From IMG/VR virus record IMGVR_UViG_2920580016_000002, positions 26,285-90,284 of that record: a stretch of DNA of 64,000 nucleotides; one strand, 5' to 3'. Source of the DNA: a virus. Its lineage: Duplodnaviria > Caudoviricetes. The position numbers and the translations under genes were made by a program. Shown here piece by piece: positions 26,117 to 35,711 of this stretch. Numbering within the stretch: the stretch's first letter is position 1; every line of letters starts with the position of its first letter. The notes below the pieces were generated by a model. That model was not told the origin of the DNA, ran no database searches, and worked only from the letters and a program-made list of their open reading frames with translations.

Positions 26117-27116
26117 TGGCGGCCTCCCGTTCGGCCTTGAGTTCGGCCCAGGTCTTGGGGGTGTCGTATTCGGTGACGTCGTCTTGGCTCAGGCCCCAGC
26201 TCTCGGCGTAGCCGTCGGCGGCCGGGTTGAAGTGGGTGTCGGCCTCCTCCTGCGCCTGGAGGCGCTCGGCCAGCGCGGCGCGGCGAGCCAGGAAGGAGAC
26301 CCAGGCGACGCGGCCCCTGAGGTGGAGGCTGGGGTCGCTGGCGTAGATGTCGATCATGGCCCGGATCTGGTCCGGCGTGACGCCTGCCTGCTTCCAGCCG
26401 TTCAGGCTCTTAGCCAAAGCCGGAAGATTGACCGTGCCAACCTTGGCGGCGAGGTCGTCGCTGGCGCGCATGGTCTTCTGGAAGTAGTGGGCGAGGCCCA
26501 GGCCGGTGTCTGGGTTGATGAGCCGGTCCTTGGGAGCCGGTACGACCTCGGTCATCGGGAAGAGGCCCAGGGCCTTAGCCGGGTCACGCTCCGAGTCGCT
26601 CTCCCGGTTAGGGAGACGGTCCTTGGACCGGCTTCCCTTCGCCGCTCGCGCGGAGCGCGAGTGTGTGTTCTTACTACCTTCAGTACTTGGTACAACTCCG
26701 TAATTACTAAGGCCCGGATTTCCCGGATCCGGGTTTCCCGTATCCGGCTTTTCAGGACGTCGGCTCTGACCTGCGGTTTCTTGGGTGGGTTCCACGGGGA
26801 ACTTGCCCTCGTTGTCGCAGAGCATCCTGTAGAGCTTGCGCGGGCGCTTGGTGGTCTCGTCGTACACGTTCTCGATGGCCATGTATCCGGCGTCTACCAG
26901 CTCCTTTAGTGCCGTGTAGATGGCGTCGCGACCCTCGACGAATCTGTTCATGAGGTCGCTCACCCGGCAGACCCAGTTGTCAGGGCGGGTCACGAGGTAG
27001 ACCAAGATGCCGTAGGCGCGGGCGGAGATGATCCCGTCTTCGAGCAGGTCGTTCGCGAGAACTGTGTAGCCGCTGCGGCGGCGGCCAATGCGGATCTCGG
27101 AGGAGGCGTCAGCCAC
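26103..27116 (-). CDS. Replication initiator (N-terminal HTH)
   Basis: YTVLAN......IS..A.G...YL...PD.W; GRDAI..AL.EL...GY; upstream of DnaC. Confidence 0.85.
   Translation of the reverse strand: MADASSEIRIGRRRSGYTVLANDLLEDGIISARAYGILVYLVTRPDNWVCRVSDLMNRFVEGRDAIYTALKELVDAGYMAIENVYDETTKRPRKLYRMLCDNEGKFPVEPTQETAGQSRRPEKPDTGNPDPGNPGLSNYGVVPSTEGSKNTHSRSARAAKGSRSKDRLPNRESDSERDPAKALGLFPMTEVVPAPKDRLINPDTGLGLAHYFQKTMRASDDLAAKVGTVNLPALAKSLNGWKQAGVTPDQIRAMIDIYASDPSLHLRGRVAWVSFLARRAALAERLQAQEEADTHFNPAADGYAESWGLSQDDVTEYDTPKTWAELKAEREAANAAH
26666..26753. repeat. Three 15-bp iteron-like repeats plus AT-rich tract; candidate origin
   Basis: Minus strand GAAAAGCCGGATACG, GGAAACCCGGATCCG, GGAAATCCGGGCCTT (26709-26753) then AT-rich 26666-26710. 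Confidence 0.65.
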
Positions 27117-27233
27117 GTGTGGTGCTCCAGGAGTTTGAGCTTGAATATCGGCCTCGATATCTAAAGATTAGCTTGCGCTTGGCCGATTTATCCGGTAATG
27201 TCCGGATTGTTGATGGAGACAACACCTTGCCTT

Positions 27234-27269
27234 AGCGGGGGTCCCTTTCCTTGATCGGGGACCCCCGCT
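27234..27269. terminator. 12-bp perfect stem, terminator-like
   Basis: AGCGGGGGTCCC/GGGACCCCCGCT. Confidence 0.7.
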
Positions 27270-27278
27270 TCGTGCTTT

Positions 27279-28304
27279 CTAGGCGGCCTCGTCCGCCAGC
27301 AGGTTCAGCTCCTCGGCCTCGGTGCGGCTGATCTGCACCTTCTGCGCGCCCCTGGGCAGGCGGCCCGGCTTGAGCCGCGCGTAGCTGCCGTCCGCCTTGC
27401 GGATCACGGTGACCATGTCCTCGGCGGCGCGCGGCTTGCCGGGAGCGGTGTTGGCGGCGATGACCTCCTCGCGCTTTTGGGCCTCCTGACGCTGCGCCTC
27501 CCGGCGGTCCAGCTCCCTGGTCACGCGCTCGGCCACGATGGCGTCCACCATGCGGTAGAAGTCCACGATCACGTCGGCGGCCAGGTTGGTGATGCCGTCC
27601 TCGGTAGCCGTCAGCGGGCGCTCGGTCTGCGCTTCGTCCGGAGCGGCCCTGGGAGCCTCGATCTCGGGCTGGGGGTCCTCCGATACCGGGGACGGGCTGT
27701 TCTCCTCTGAGATTTTTGCGGTGCGAGCGTTTCGGGGCATCTCCGGCTCGTCCTCTTCCTCGGTTTCGGGTGCTTCCTCCTCGGCCGGAGCTTCTTCCTC
27801 CTCGTCGAACTCGATGTCGTCCAGGCCGGTGCTGCTCAGGGCCTTGACCTTGATGCCCCTCCCGGCCGCCTCGGTGGCGATCTCCTCCATGGGGCCGTCG
27901 TCGGTACCCTCCTCCCACAGCAGGATGAGCCAGCGGTCGGCCTCGCCCAGCTCAGTGTTGACGAGCTGGTCCAGCAGCTCGGAGACCAACGTCGAGCCGT
28001 CGATCTCGACTACCTGTTCGGCGCTCTCCGCGATAGCTCGTCCGCGCACGCCGAGCGTCTTGCTGGCCACAGCGCGGCGGATGTCGTTCTCGGTGCTGAA
28101 GTACTCGGCGACGGCGGCGACGCCGGGCGTGGTGTAGGTCCGGTCGGCAGGCAGCCAGACGTGGACCTGGACGTCGGCGTCCTCCGGTGCGATGGAGTCG
28201 ATCCAGTCGGTGAGGGCCTGGTCGATGAGTTCCTGCTTCGGGTTGGCGGTTCCGAGCACGCCAACGGCAAGGGTGTAGTCAGACAAAGGGGATCCTCGAC
28301 TCAT
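27279..28304 (-). CDS. Hypothetical protein: alpha/beta N-domain, acidic linker, basic C-tail
   Basis: Long ORF with phage codon pattern; start may be TTG about 7 codons in. Confidence 0.8.
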   Translation of the reverse strand: MSRGSPLSDYTLAVGVLGTANPKQELIDQALTDWIDSIAPEDADVQVHVWLPADRTYTTPGVAAVAEYFSTENDIRRAVASKTLGVRGRAIAESAEQVVEIDGSTLVSELLDQLVNTELGEADRWLILLWEEGTDDGPMEEIATEAAGRGIKVKALSSTGLDDIEFDEEEEAPAEEEAPETEEEDEPEMPRNARTAKISEENSPSPVSEDPQPEIEAPRAAPDEAQTERPLTATEDGITNLAADVIVDFYRMVDAIVAERVTRELDRREAQRQEAQKREEVIAANTAPGKPRAAEDMVTVIRKADGSYARLKPGRLPRGAQKVQISRTEAEELNLLADEAA

Positions 28305-28427
28305 GTGGTCGGATTGGGCACGGACAGTTCTACCCTCTCAGCGATGCATTTGGAAAGTCACCACGATATCGATCGTGAAACTGCGAAGCCCCCGGCGCAG
28401 GGCACCAGGGGCTCACGGGGCAGGTGA

Positions 28428-28706
28428 TCAGGGCATGCGGGTGGTAGGCCGGATCATGACGGGACGCTCGGTTCGCTCGACCCAGACTGATGCCAGACGC
28501 AGCACCGCCACGAGAGCGGCAACAGTGCCCGTGTCCATCACCAGGGGCCACGGGCACCAGAGCAGGCCGACCGCCACGGCGATCACGAGAAGCGACTGCA
28601 CGATGGTGGGAAGTCGGGAAGTTCCCGCAGCTAGGAGAACTTCCCAGACGACCCAGCACGTCAGCGCGGCCTGCGCTAGCGTGAGAAGATCAGCTTCAGG
28701 CGGCAA
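28428..28706 (-). CDS. Membrane protein, possible second holin/antiholin
   Basis: 2-3 hydrophobic helices, overlaps holin stop. Confidence 0.6.
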   Translation of the reverse strand: MPPEADLLTLAQAALTCWVVWEVLLAAGTSRLPTIVQSLLVIAVAVGLLWCPWPLVMDTGTVAALVAVLRLASVWVERTERPVMIRPTTRMP

Positions 28707-29013
28707 GGTCCTGCCGGTCCTTCACGAGCGAGTTCTTGGCCCAGTCAGACACGCCGGTCGGCTTCCACAGACCGAAGTGCGAAGCGACCGCGCCGACGAA
28801 GGCCGTGAAGGCGGTGATGAGCGCGCTCCGCCAGTCCCAAGCGACGCCAGCGTTGACGGCGTCCAGGGCGCTGGCGACGACACCACCGGCCACCGACAGC
28901 AGCGCGAGCAGGACGGCGCGCGTGCCGCCGCTCACGCTGGCCTTGGTGACCAGGCCGACCAGGACCGGAAGGACAGTGGAAATGGCAACGGTGAGAAGCT
29001 GGACGGTATACAC
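28696..29013 (-). CDS. Holin
   Basis: Three TM segments, LPVLVGLVT and ..HFGLWKP motifs, follows tail fibres. Confidence 0.75.
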   Translation of the reverse strand: MYTVQLLTVAISTVLPVLVGLVTKASVSGGTRAVLLALLSVAGGVVASALDAVNAGVAWDWRSALITAFTAFVGAVASHFGLWKPTGVSDWAKNSLVKDRQDLAA

Positions 29014-29020
29014 CTGACTC

Positions 29021-31276
29021 CTAATTGTCGAGGTACGGGATCTTCCCGAATTCCGGGAACTCGACGATGACTCCTGTTGGCGCGGATTCGTCGAGCGCCT
29101 GCTTCAGAATGTAGCTGCGGCGCGCGAAGTCTTTGTAATGGAATGTGCCGCCGGAAGCGTCGGTGTATCCGTATCTGCGCCAGAGGTCGATGTTGCCTTC
29201 CTTCCAGAAGAAGTACGGTTCCATCGCGATTCCCTCTTCGAGAAGATGGCCTGCCACGAGGAAGTCTTCATCCCCTATCTGCGGCTGGGTGATCTGCGGT
29301 TCCCACAGCATGCGAACTCCGCCGTCCGCAGGTGCCTGGAAGACGGTGACAATGCGCTTCCACCCTTCCCCGGCTTCCGGAGCATCGATGCCGTCGGCGT
29401 AGGAAGCGGTCTTCCCGAGCTGCGCGCCCGTGGCCGGGTTGTAGACCTTCAGGTGCAGATCATCCATCCCCTCTGACTTGTAGATGTAGGCGGAGACGGT
29501 GTACCAGGCGTTGCCGCGCAGAATGTCGTAGGAGGTGAAGATCTGCTGTTGGACATCGAGCGGGCATACCACCCATTGAGCAGACTGCGTGTCATCAGGG
29601 AACGGAGACGGCACGTCGAAAGAACTCGACTCCACGCCGTCAGCACTGATACGCAGATCGGTAGCGGCGATGTTCAACCGGTCCGGGTACACGTACGGGA
29701 CCAGCGAATTGGCCATGCGATAGAGCGTCGGTCCATTCGGGCCGGAAACTTGGACCTGGTACATGGTGAACTGCTGCCAGTTCGTGGCCGCGACATTATC
29801 GAATCGGATACCTGGTACGACGTAGGCGGCGCGCTTCCACAGGGTGCCGTCGGAGGTCGTAACGTCCTCGGGCGCGACGAAATCGCAGTAGATCCTCACC
29901 CACTCAGCGCCGTTCGCGCCCGTATTGGTGCCGCCATTGGAGCGGGCACGGACTGACAGGAGCGGGTCCGTCTCGGTCACCCCGAAAACCGCGAAGTCAG
30001 CGAAAGCGCCAGGCGGAATTGCCTGCCCCAGGTCCAGGCTTCCGGAGGAAGACCCGATGCCATGCCCGGCCGTCTGCCCAGCGATGGCGGCGGTCAGATC
30101 ACCCGTGGAAGAGCTGGTGCCGCTGGCCTGAAGCTCGGGCGGGAAGGTGAGTTCCGCACTTCCCGTGCTGCTTCCCGTGCCGGACAGCGAAATCGGGTAG
30201 GTGATGTCCAGCATCAAGCCGCCGTCGGAAGTTCCGTCGCCGACTGCGCCGATGTAGATCACCGGGTAGGCGTCGAGGCTTCCGACGGAATCGGCGCTTC
30301 CGCTGGCACCCATGGGGCCGTACGGCCACAGTGCGAGCTTTCCAGTGGAGGAGGCCGTCCCCTTGGCTTCCATGCCGACAAGATCGCCGTCCAGGGAGCC
30401 GGTGGAAGAGGCGGTGCCTGCCAGGGTCGGCAGCAGCACTGTGAAGGTATCGAGGCTTCCTGTGGAGTTGGCAGTGCCGGAAGCCTGGGCATAGGCGATG
30501 CCCAGAGTGGCCGACGCGTGCGGGGTGCCTGACCATACGTGGCCAGGCGAGTCGCCATCCACATACGCCGTCTCGACACTCCCGCGTTCGAGCTGGAGGG
30601 CGTCAAGCCAGCCGTTCGCGGTACCGCCGTTGACCTCGGGAGACCACGTTAGCTCGTAGTACGTGACCTCGTAGTATCCGGTTCCGTCGCCGGATGGGCC
30701 GACGGAACCGTAGCCGTTGATAGTGGAGTTGTACTTCGAGTTCGCGAAGCTTGTGGTGGCAGACCAATGCGATTCGTAGTCCGGGTAGTCGCTGCCGTAG
30801 AAGCGGCGGTAGTAGGGGCCGGTCTGTACCCACTCCCCGGCCTTGAAGTACGTGTTGCCCATCGCCAGCCGCGCGACCAGGCGGTTAGCTCCCGCGCGTG
30901 GGGTCAGGTTGCGCAGCGCCCATCGGCCGGTCGCCGTGACCGTGAGCGTGCCGACCTGCTGCCGCTGGGCGTTGGTCTCCTCGGGCAGCATGTCGTAGAC
31001 GGTGACGATCAGCCTGTTGTAGGTGGCACCGTTGGCGGCGGCGCGCGTGATCAGGTAGCCGCTCAGGGTGAGCGGCGCGGTTCCAGGGTCGATGGCGACC
31101 GTGGTCTCCATGCCCTTGGTCTGCGTGCTCGTCGTCGAGACGGAGAGCTGGAGGCCGTAGGAGCCGATCTGCTTCTGCGTGGTGCCGCGTGTCAGGGTCG
31201 CGCCGTCGCTGCTGGCCCAGCTCGTGGTGTTCGTCTCGAAGCTGGGGTTAGTCAGATAGTTCGCGTAGACGGTCAC
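29021..31276 (-). CDS. Tail fibre/receptor-binding protein with carbohydrate-binding modules
   Basis: N.L.NPSFE CBM-like start, D.LQLE.G..T.Y.DG motif, S/T/G-rich linker. Confidence 0.75.
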   Translation of the reverse strand: MTVYANYLTNPSFETNTTSWASSDGATLTRGTTQKQIGSYGLQLSVSTTSTQTKGMETTVAIDPGTAPLTLSGYLITRAAANGATYNRLIVTVYDMLPEETNAQRQQVGTLTVTATGRWALRNLTPRAGANRLVARLAMGNTYFKAGEWVQTGPYYRRFYGSDYPDYESHWSATTSFANSKYNSTINGYGSVGPSGDGTGYYEVTYYELTWSPEVNGGTANGWLDALQLERGSVETAYVDGDSPGHVWSGTPHASATLGIAYAQASGTANSTGSLDTFTVLLPTLAGTASSTGSLDGDLVGMEAKGTASSTGKLALWPYGPMGASGSADSVGSLDAYPVIYIGAVGDGTSDGGLMLDITYPISLSGTGSSTGSAELTFPPELQASGTSSSTGDLTAAIAGQTAGHGIGSSSGSLDLGQAIPPGAFADFAVFGVTETDPLLSVRARSNGGTNTGANGAEWVRIYCDFVAPEDVTTSDGTLWKRAAYVVPGIRFDNVAATNWQQFTMYQVQVSGPNGPTLYRMANSLVPYVYPDRLNIAATDLRISADGVESSSFDVPSPFPDDTQSAQWVVCPLDVQQQIFTSYDILRGNAWYTVSAYIYKSEGMDDLHLKVYNPATGAQLGKTASYADGIDAPEAGEGWKRIVTVFQAPADGGVRMLWEPQITQPQIGDEDFLVAGHLLEEGIAMEPYFFWKEGNIDLWRRYGYTDASGGTFHYKDFARRSYILKQALDESAPTGVIVEFPEFGKIPYLDN

Positions 31277-33732
31277 TATGCCTCCACGGCGATGCCGAAT
31301 TTGGTATTGGCCTGGTTGAAAGTGCTTGTCGCCGTGGCGACCTGCACGCCGTTGCGAAGCACGGTGATCGACGTACCGCTAGCCTTGACGGTCAGCCGGT
31401 CGCCGTCCTTGACCGGCGTGGAGTAGGTGACGAGGTCCGTGATCGCCGCGCCGTTGACCGTCTGTACCTTGGTCCTGGTCGCGCGGATGTAGCTCGTGGT
31501 GCTGGCGGCCCGGAGGATGAGCGCCTGCACCATGCCCGTGGGTGCGTTGGTGGAGAAGGTGGCGGCCACCGTGGCGTTACCGCTGCCGTAGTCGAGCAGG
31601 GCAAAGGATCGCGCGGCCGGATCGGTGGGGCGGACGACGCCGTACAGATAGGAGTCGCGCTGGAAGCCGAGCATGCCATCGCCCACACTCCAGACCTTGC
31701 TGCCGTACTCGGTGGTCCGCCCGGACAGACGGCTGAGGGCTGAGATACCAGTGGGAGTGATCTTCATGCTCGGTGCGGAGGCATGGCCGATGGTTGAGCT
31801 GAGGGCCAACGTACCGCCATAGGTCATGTGCCAGTTGCCCACGCCGCTGGAGAAGGTGCTGTTGGGGTTGATCGGCACCGTGGGCGCGGCGGTGGTGGCG
31901 AGCTGGATCTCATCGACGTAGAGCGGCTGCGTCTGGACCGCGCCGCCCTTGTAAATGATCACCATCTCGGCCTGTGCGGCTCCGGCCGGTGCGTTCACTG
32001 ACCCTGTGGTGACCTGTGTCCACGTCGCCAGCGCCGGAGTGATACCGACGATCGTGGAACTGATGTAGCCGCCCGCGCTGGTGAGCCAGTTGATGAACAG
32101 CTCCAGGTACAGGGAGCTGGACGGCTGGTAGAGCCACGCGGTTCCGGTGTAGGCGGTGCCTGCGGTGACAGGGAATCGGTCACAGACAACCATGGTGGTG
32201 TCGGTGACATGGTGGGTGGTGAAGGTGTCCAGCACGCGAGTGTCCGTCGCCGCCCCGAATTCGCGGCCCAGGAATGCGCCGCGCTCGTCGTAGAACTCCG
32301 CGTACACCTGTGCCGGGTTTACCGGCTTCGAGGTCGCCGTGTGCGGCTGGTGGGTGTAGGCGCTCAGGGTCAGCCTGACGCGCGTGTCGGTGCCGACCAC
32401 CTGCCAGCGGTCGGAGATGCGCGGCGCGACGCCGAGACGGCCAGGCCGCACAGCCGTATACAGCCGTCCCTGGAAGGTCACCAGAGAGCCAGCCGGATAC
32501 TCAGTCGTGGCGTCCCATGGCTGCGGCTTGGGGATGGGGATGCCGTGCGTGATCGCCGTCAGCGGCTTGACGGGCTGCCCGGCCGCCTCGGGCAGGCAGC
32601 GAGCGCCGATGTTGGCAGCAGCCGTGTGGTTGTTCTTCACTGTCACGGCATTGATGCTCAGGTGGGTTTCGAGCGGCTTTGGAGCGCCCAGCACCAGTTC
32701 CGTGGCGATCTTGTCATCTGTCGTCACGCTGAACGCCTGTGGTGCCCATCCGTGCTGGGACCGGCTGGTCGGATCGTAGGCCGCCGTCGCTGCGTCGAGC
32801 ACGAGCAGCGGGTCCCACCAGGTGTTGCTCACGCGCTCGCCAGCGGGCGGCATCTGCGCATATCCGGTGGCTCCGGCGACCTTGCAGACGAAGTGCGCGC
32901 CCTCCAACTCAACGCGGTCGCCTACCTTGTAGATGATCGTCGGGTCCCACTCGCGTGGGCGGGGGTTGAGCATCTGGGAGCGGTCGGCCGTGAGCATGAG
33001 ATTCGGTGACGGGCGCAGGGCGAGATCCCAGCCGGACGCGGCTCGCGCCTCGGCGATCATCGCGTCCATGGTGCCGCGCCGGGCCAGAAGGCTTGCGGCG
33101 TCGCGGACGAAGGCTCGCTTGCGTGCGCCGGACAGGCCGGGATAGGCGGGCAAGCCGAACTGCTGGATGAGAAGGTCGATACTTCCGATGTGCGCGAACG
33201 CCGGGTCCTGGCTGCGCCATGCGGCGGCGAAGGACGTGCGGACCTTATCCAGGCCCCACCCGATCAGCCCCAGATACCGCATGAGGGTCGAGTTGGTGTC
33301 GGCTTCGAGGTCGAGCCGGTTTCCTCGCATGATCTGGTAGTGGATCGGCAGACGCGACCACAGCCATGCCGCGCTCTTCATGTCGGCGATGTGCAGGCAT
33401 GAGGCTGTGGCCGCCCACATCCACTGCCCGCCGAGCTGGAGGAACGCGGAGTAGTAGACGAAATGGCCGGGGGCTACGTAGATGTCGTTGTAGGAGTTCT
33501 CCGGTGTTTCCGAATCGAGCAGGATTTCGCCGTCGATCTCCGAGACGGGGTAACCCCACCGGTTCTTCAGCAGCCGGAAGCGCGTGAACTCGCCGGTTGG
33601 CGGATCCCAGGTGATGTGAACGGTCCGGTAGTCGCGGCTGTAGGCGATGAAGGAGTCCGGATTGAAGTTCGGCAGGTCCGGCTCAGGGCCGTAAAACCTG
33701 GTGCCGTAGTTATGCGTTAGATAGATGGCCAA
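31276..33732 (-). CDS. Baseplate wedge/tail protein I-like with CBM modules
   Basis: L.RYL...G..LD; R.GT..A; two WD....Y..G..V CBM5/12-like units. Confidence 0.75.
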   Translation of the reverse strand: MAIYLTHNYGTRFYGPEPDLPNFNPDSFIAYSRDYRTVHITWDPPTGEFTRFRLLKNRWGYPVSEIDGEILLDSETPENSYNDIYVAPGHFVYYSAFLQLGGQWMWAATASCLHIADMKSAAWLWSRLPIHYQIMRGNRLDLEADTNSTLMRYLGLIGWGLDKVRTSFAAAWRSQDPAFAHIGSIDLLIQQFGLPAYPGLSGARKRAFVRDAASLLARRGTMDAMIAEARAASGWDLALRPSPNLMLTADRSQMLNPRPREWDPTIIYKVGDRVELEGAHFVCKVAGATGYAQMPPAGERVSNTWWDPLLVLDAATAAYDPTSRSQHGWAPQAFSVTTDDKIATELVLGAPKPLETHLSINAVTVKNNHTAAANIGARCLPEAAGQPVKPLTAITHGIPIPKPQPWDATTEYPAGSLVTFQGRLYTAVRPGRLGVAPRISDRWQVVGTDTRVRLTLSAYTHQPHTATSKPVNPAQVYAEFYDERGAFLGREFGAATDTRVLDTFTTHHVTDTTMVVCDRFPVTAGTAYTGTAWLYQPSSSLYLELFINWLTSAGGYISSTIVGITPALATWTQVTTGSVNAPAGAAQAEMVIIYKGGAVQTQPLYVDEIQLATTAAPTVPINPNSTFSSGVGNWHMTYGGTLALSSTIGHASAPSMKITPTGISALSRLSGRTTEYGSKVWSVGDGMLGFQRDSYLYGVVRPTDPAARSFALLDYGSGNATVAATFSTNAPTGMVQALILRAASTTSYIRATRTKVQTVNGAAITDLVTYSTPVKDGDRLTVKASGTSITVLRNGVQVATATSTFNQANTKFGIAVEA

Positions 33733-34724
33733 TGGATTCCGCTTTCTACAACGTTATCGGCAGTTGTCCAGGCTCCGCGCCAGCCGGTCATCTGGTACCA
33801 CAGCTCGTCCCGGTATTCCATGACCTCGTCCAGCGTCGAGAATTCCGGGTGCGGGGACAGGTCGTAGAACCGATGCGAGTTGTCGATGATCTGAATCCGC
33901 GACAACGCCGAACCGCCTCGCGCGATATCAACGCGAGGAACCTGCCGCAATCCCTCGTATGTGCAGTACACGGTGTAGCGGCATTCGTCCGGCGGCGGGA
34001 TGGGGATGCAGACTGGTGGTCGATCGCCCGGCACCTGGTCGGGCAGTGGGTCAAAAGGGACCGACTCACCCTCTCCCTTGTACTCGTTGCACCGGACCAG
34101 ATGGGCTCGCAGATAGCAGTGCGCATCCAGCTCGCGCGTGGACGCATTCAGGTTCGTGCGGATTCCCATGCTGATCCGCGTGCCCTTGTCGAGCGTCTCC
34201 GTCCACGTGATGTGCTGGTGCAGGGCGCTGCGGTTATGGCTGCCCTCTTCCAGGACATGGCGCACGCCGATGTCATTGCCGTTGACTTCCAGGCGCAGCA
34301 GCCGGATCGCCTCATAGCGCTGTGTATCGTTGTTGGCCTGCCAGTCAACTTTGATGGTGAAGCACCACAAGCCGGATTCATTGAGCCGAATTCCGGTGCC
34401 GGTGCTCATGCCGAAAGGATCTTCGTCGGCGCGCAAGGTCGGCCGCTGCCAGATGTTCGGAGTCACGTCGAACTCGCGGATGCTTCCCCGGAAGTAGGGA
34501 ACGTGCTCGCCTCGCGCCACTGACTGAATGCGGGCAGCGACAGTCCCGTGATCCGGCGTGAGGCCGCCAGGGTTGTTCGTGGCGCGCTGCGGCACGATTC
34601 CAAGCGTTCGCTGAATCGCCTCGATTTCTTCCTGGACGCGATTCATGTGGTCGGCCCACACGATATCGACGTAGTTGCGCTTGGTCGTCCATACGGGGAT
34701 GGACTGTGGGTATGAAGCGGTCAC
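33717..34724 (-). CDS. Minor tail/fibre protein (paralog A)
   Basis: YP......TK.N..D...A.H.N..Q.EI.AI..TLG anchor motif. Confidence 0.75.
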   Translation of the reverse strand: MTASYPQSIPVWTTKRNYVDIVWADHMNRVQEEIEAIQRTLGIVPQRATNNPGGLTPDHGTVAARIQSVARGEHVPYFRGSIREFDVTPNIWQRPTLRADEDPFGMSTGTGIRLNESGLWCFTIKVDWQANNDTQRYEAIRLLRLEVNGNDIGVRHVLEEGSHNRSALHQHITWTETLDKGTRISMGIRTNLNASTRELDAHCYLRAHLVRCNEYKGEGESVPFDPLPDQVPGDRPPVCIPIPPPDECRYTVYCTYEGLRQVPRVDIARGGSALSRIQIIDNSHRFYDLSPHPEFSTLDEVMEYRDELWYQMTGWRGAWTTADNVVESGIHWPSI

Positions 34725-34733
34725 AGTGCTTTC

Positions 34734-35711
34734 CTAAAAGCCGTAATGGACATAGCCGGGGAACCCCGTACGGAGATCGATATTGGAGTGCGTCCCGTCC
34801 CACCTGCCCGAATAGAGTGTGCCAGCGTTGGGAGACCTGTGGATTTCTACGACATTGCCGCACGAGTCGTAGGTGGCGCTGGTATTCAGATAGGGATGCC
34901 ATCGAATGCTGTAGGGCTGCCCACATGGCCCTTGCGGCTGATAGCCGGTGTGATTGAGGCAGCCGTCATCCGGATAATGCTCCTGGCATCCGTCATCTGG
35001 AGGAGGCGGCGGAGGAGGCGGCGGATCAGGATCGAAGTTCGGGTTGGGCAGGCCAGGCCCACCCTGTCTCAGGCATCGCACCAAATGCGCGCGAAGATAG
35101 ACGTTGACCGGCTCCACGATGCGCTCGGTGTCGGCGAGAATCGCGTGCAACGCAACGGTGATATCCGTGCCCTCCACGAGGTTTTCTTGCCACGTGACCG
35201 TGGTGGTCATGGAGTCGCGGTTTTTGTCGCTCTCCAGGAGAACGTCACGCAGGCCAACATCGCGCTGATTGATCTCCAGCGACAGCATGCGGGAGGTGAT
35301 CTGCCGCTGGGACGCTGAGGTGGCCAGCCAGTCAGCTTTGGCCGTGATCATCCAATAGCCCGTCTGGTTGATCCGGAAGCCCGTGTTGTGCGCCATGCCG
35401 TGGGTGTCTTCAACGGCGGTGAGGCGCGGCCGGAAATACTCGTTGGGGATCACTTGAGCGCCGATGTGTGTTCCCCGGTAGGCGATCATCGGCTCGCCAC
35501 GGGCGGAGGCCAGGATGCGAGCGGTCACCGTGCCGTAGTCGGGCGTCCTGCGGGCCGGGTTGTTGGTGGCCCGCTGCGGCATCAGGCCCAGCGTCCGCTC
35601 AATCGCCGCCAGCTCGTCTTGCGTCTGGTTGAAGTTCGCGGCGAAGATCGGATCCTGGAAGTCCCTCTTCGTGCTCCAGCCGCGCAGCGCTGCGGGATAG
35701 GTGGCTGGCAT
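34734..35711 (-). CDS. Minor tail/fibre protein (paralog B)
   Basis: Same N-terminal motif; poly-Pro linker. Confidence 0.75.
   Translation of the reverse strand: MPATYPAALRGWSTKRDFQDPIFAANFNQTQDELAAIERTLGLMPQRATNNPARRTPDYGTVTARILASARGEPMIAYRGTHIGAQVIPNEYFRPRLTAVEDTHGMAHNTGFRINQTGYWMITAKADWLATSASQRQITSRMLSLEINQRDVGLRDVLLESDKNRDSMTTTVTWQENLVEGTDITVALHAILADTERIVEPVNVYLRAHLVRCLRQGGPGLPNPNFDPDPPPPPPPPPDDGCQEHYPDDGCLNHTGYQPQGPCGQPYSIRWHPYLNTSATYDSCGNVVEIHRSPNAGTLYSGRWDGTHSNIDLRTGFPGYVHYGF

Noticed and set aside
29021-35711. Diversity-generating retroelement or invertible fibre cassette
   Set aside because: No reverse transcriptase or invertase; the paralogs are diverged rather than TR/VR copies.
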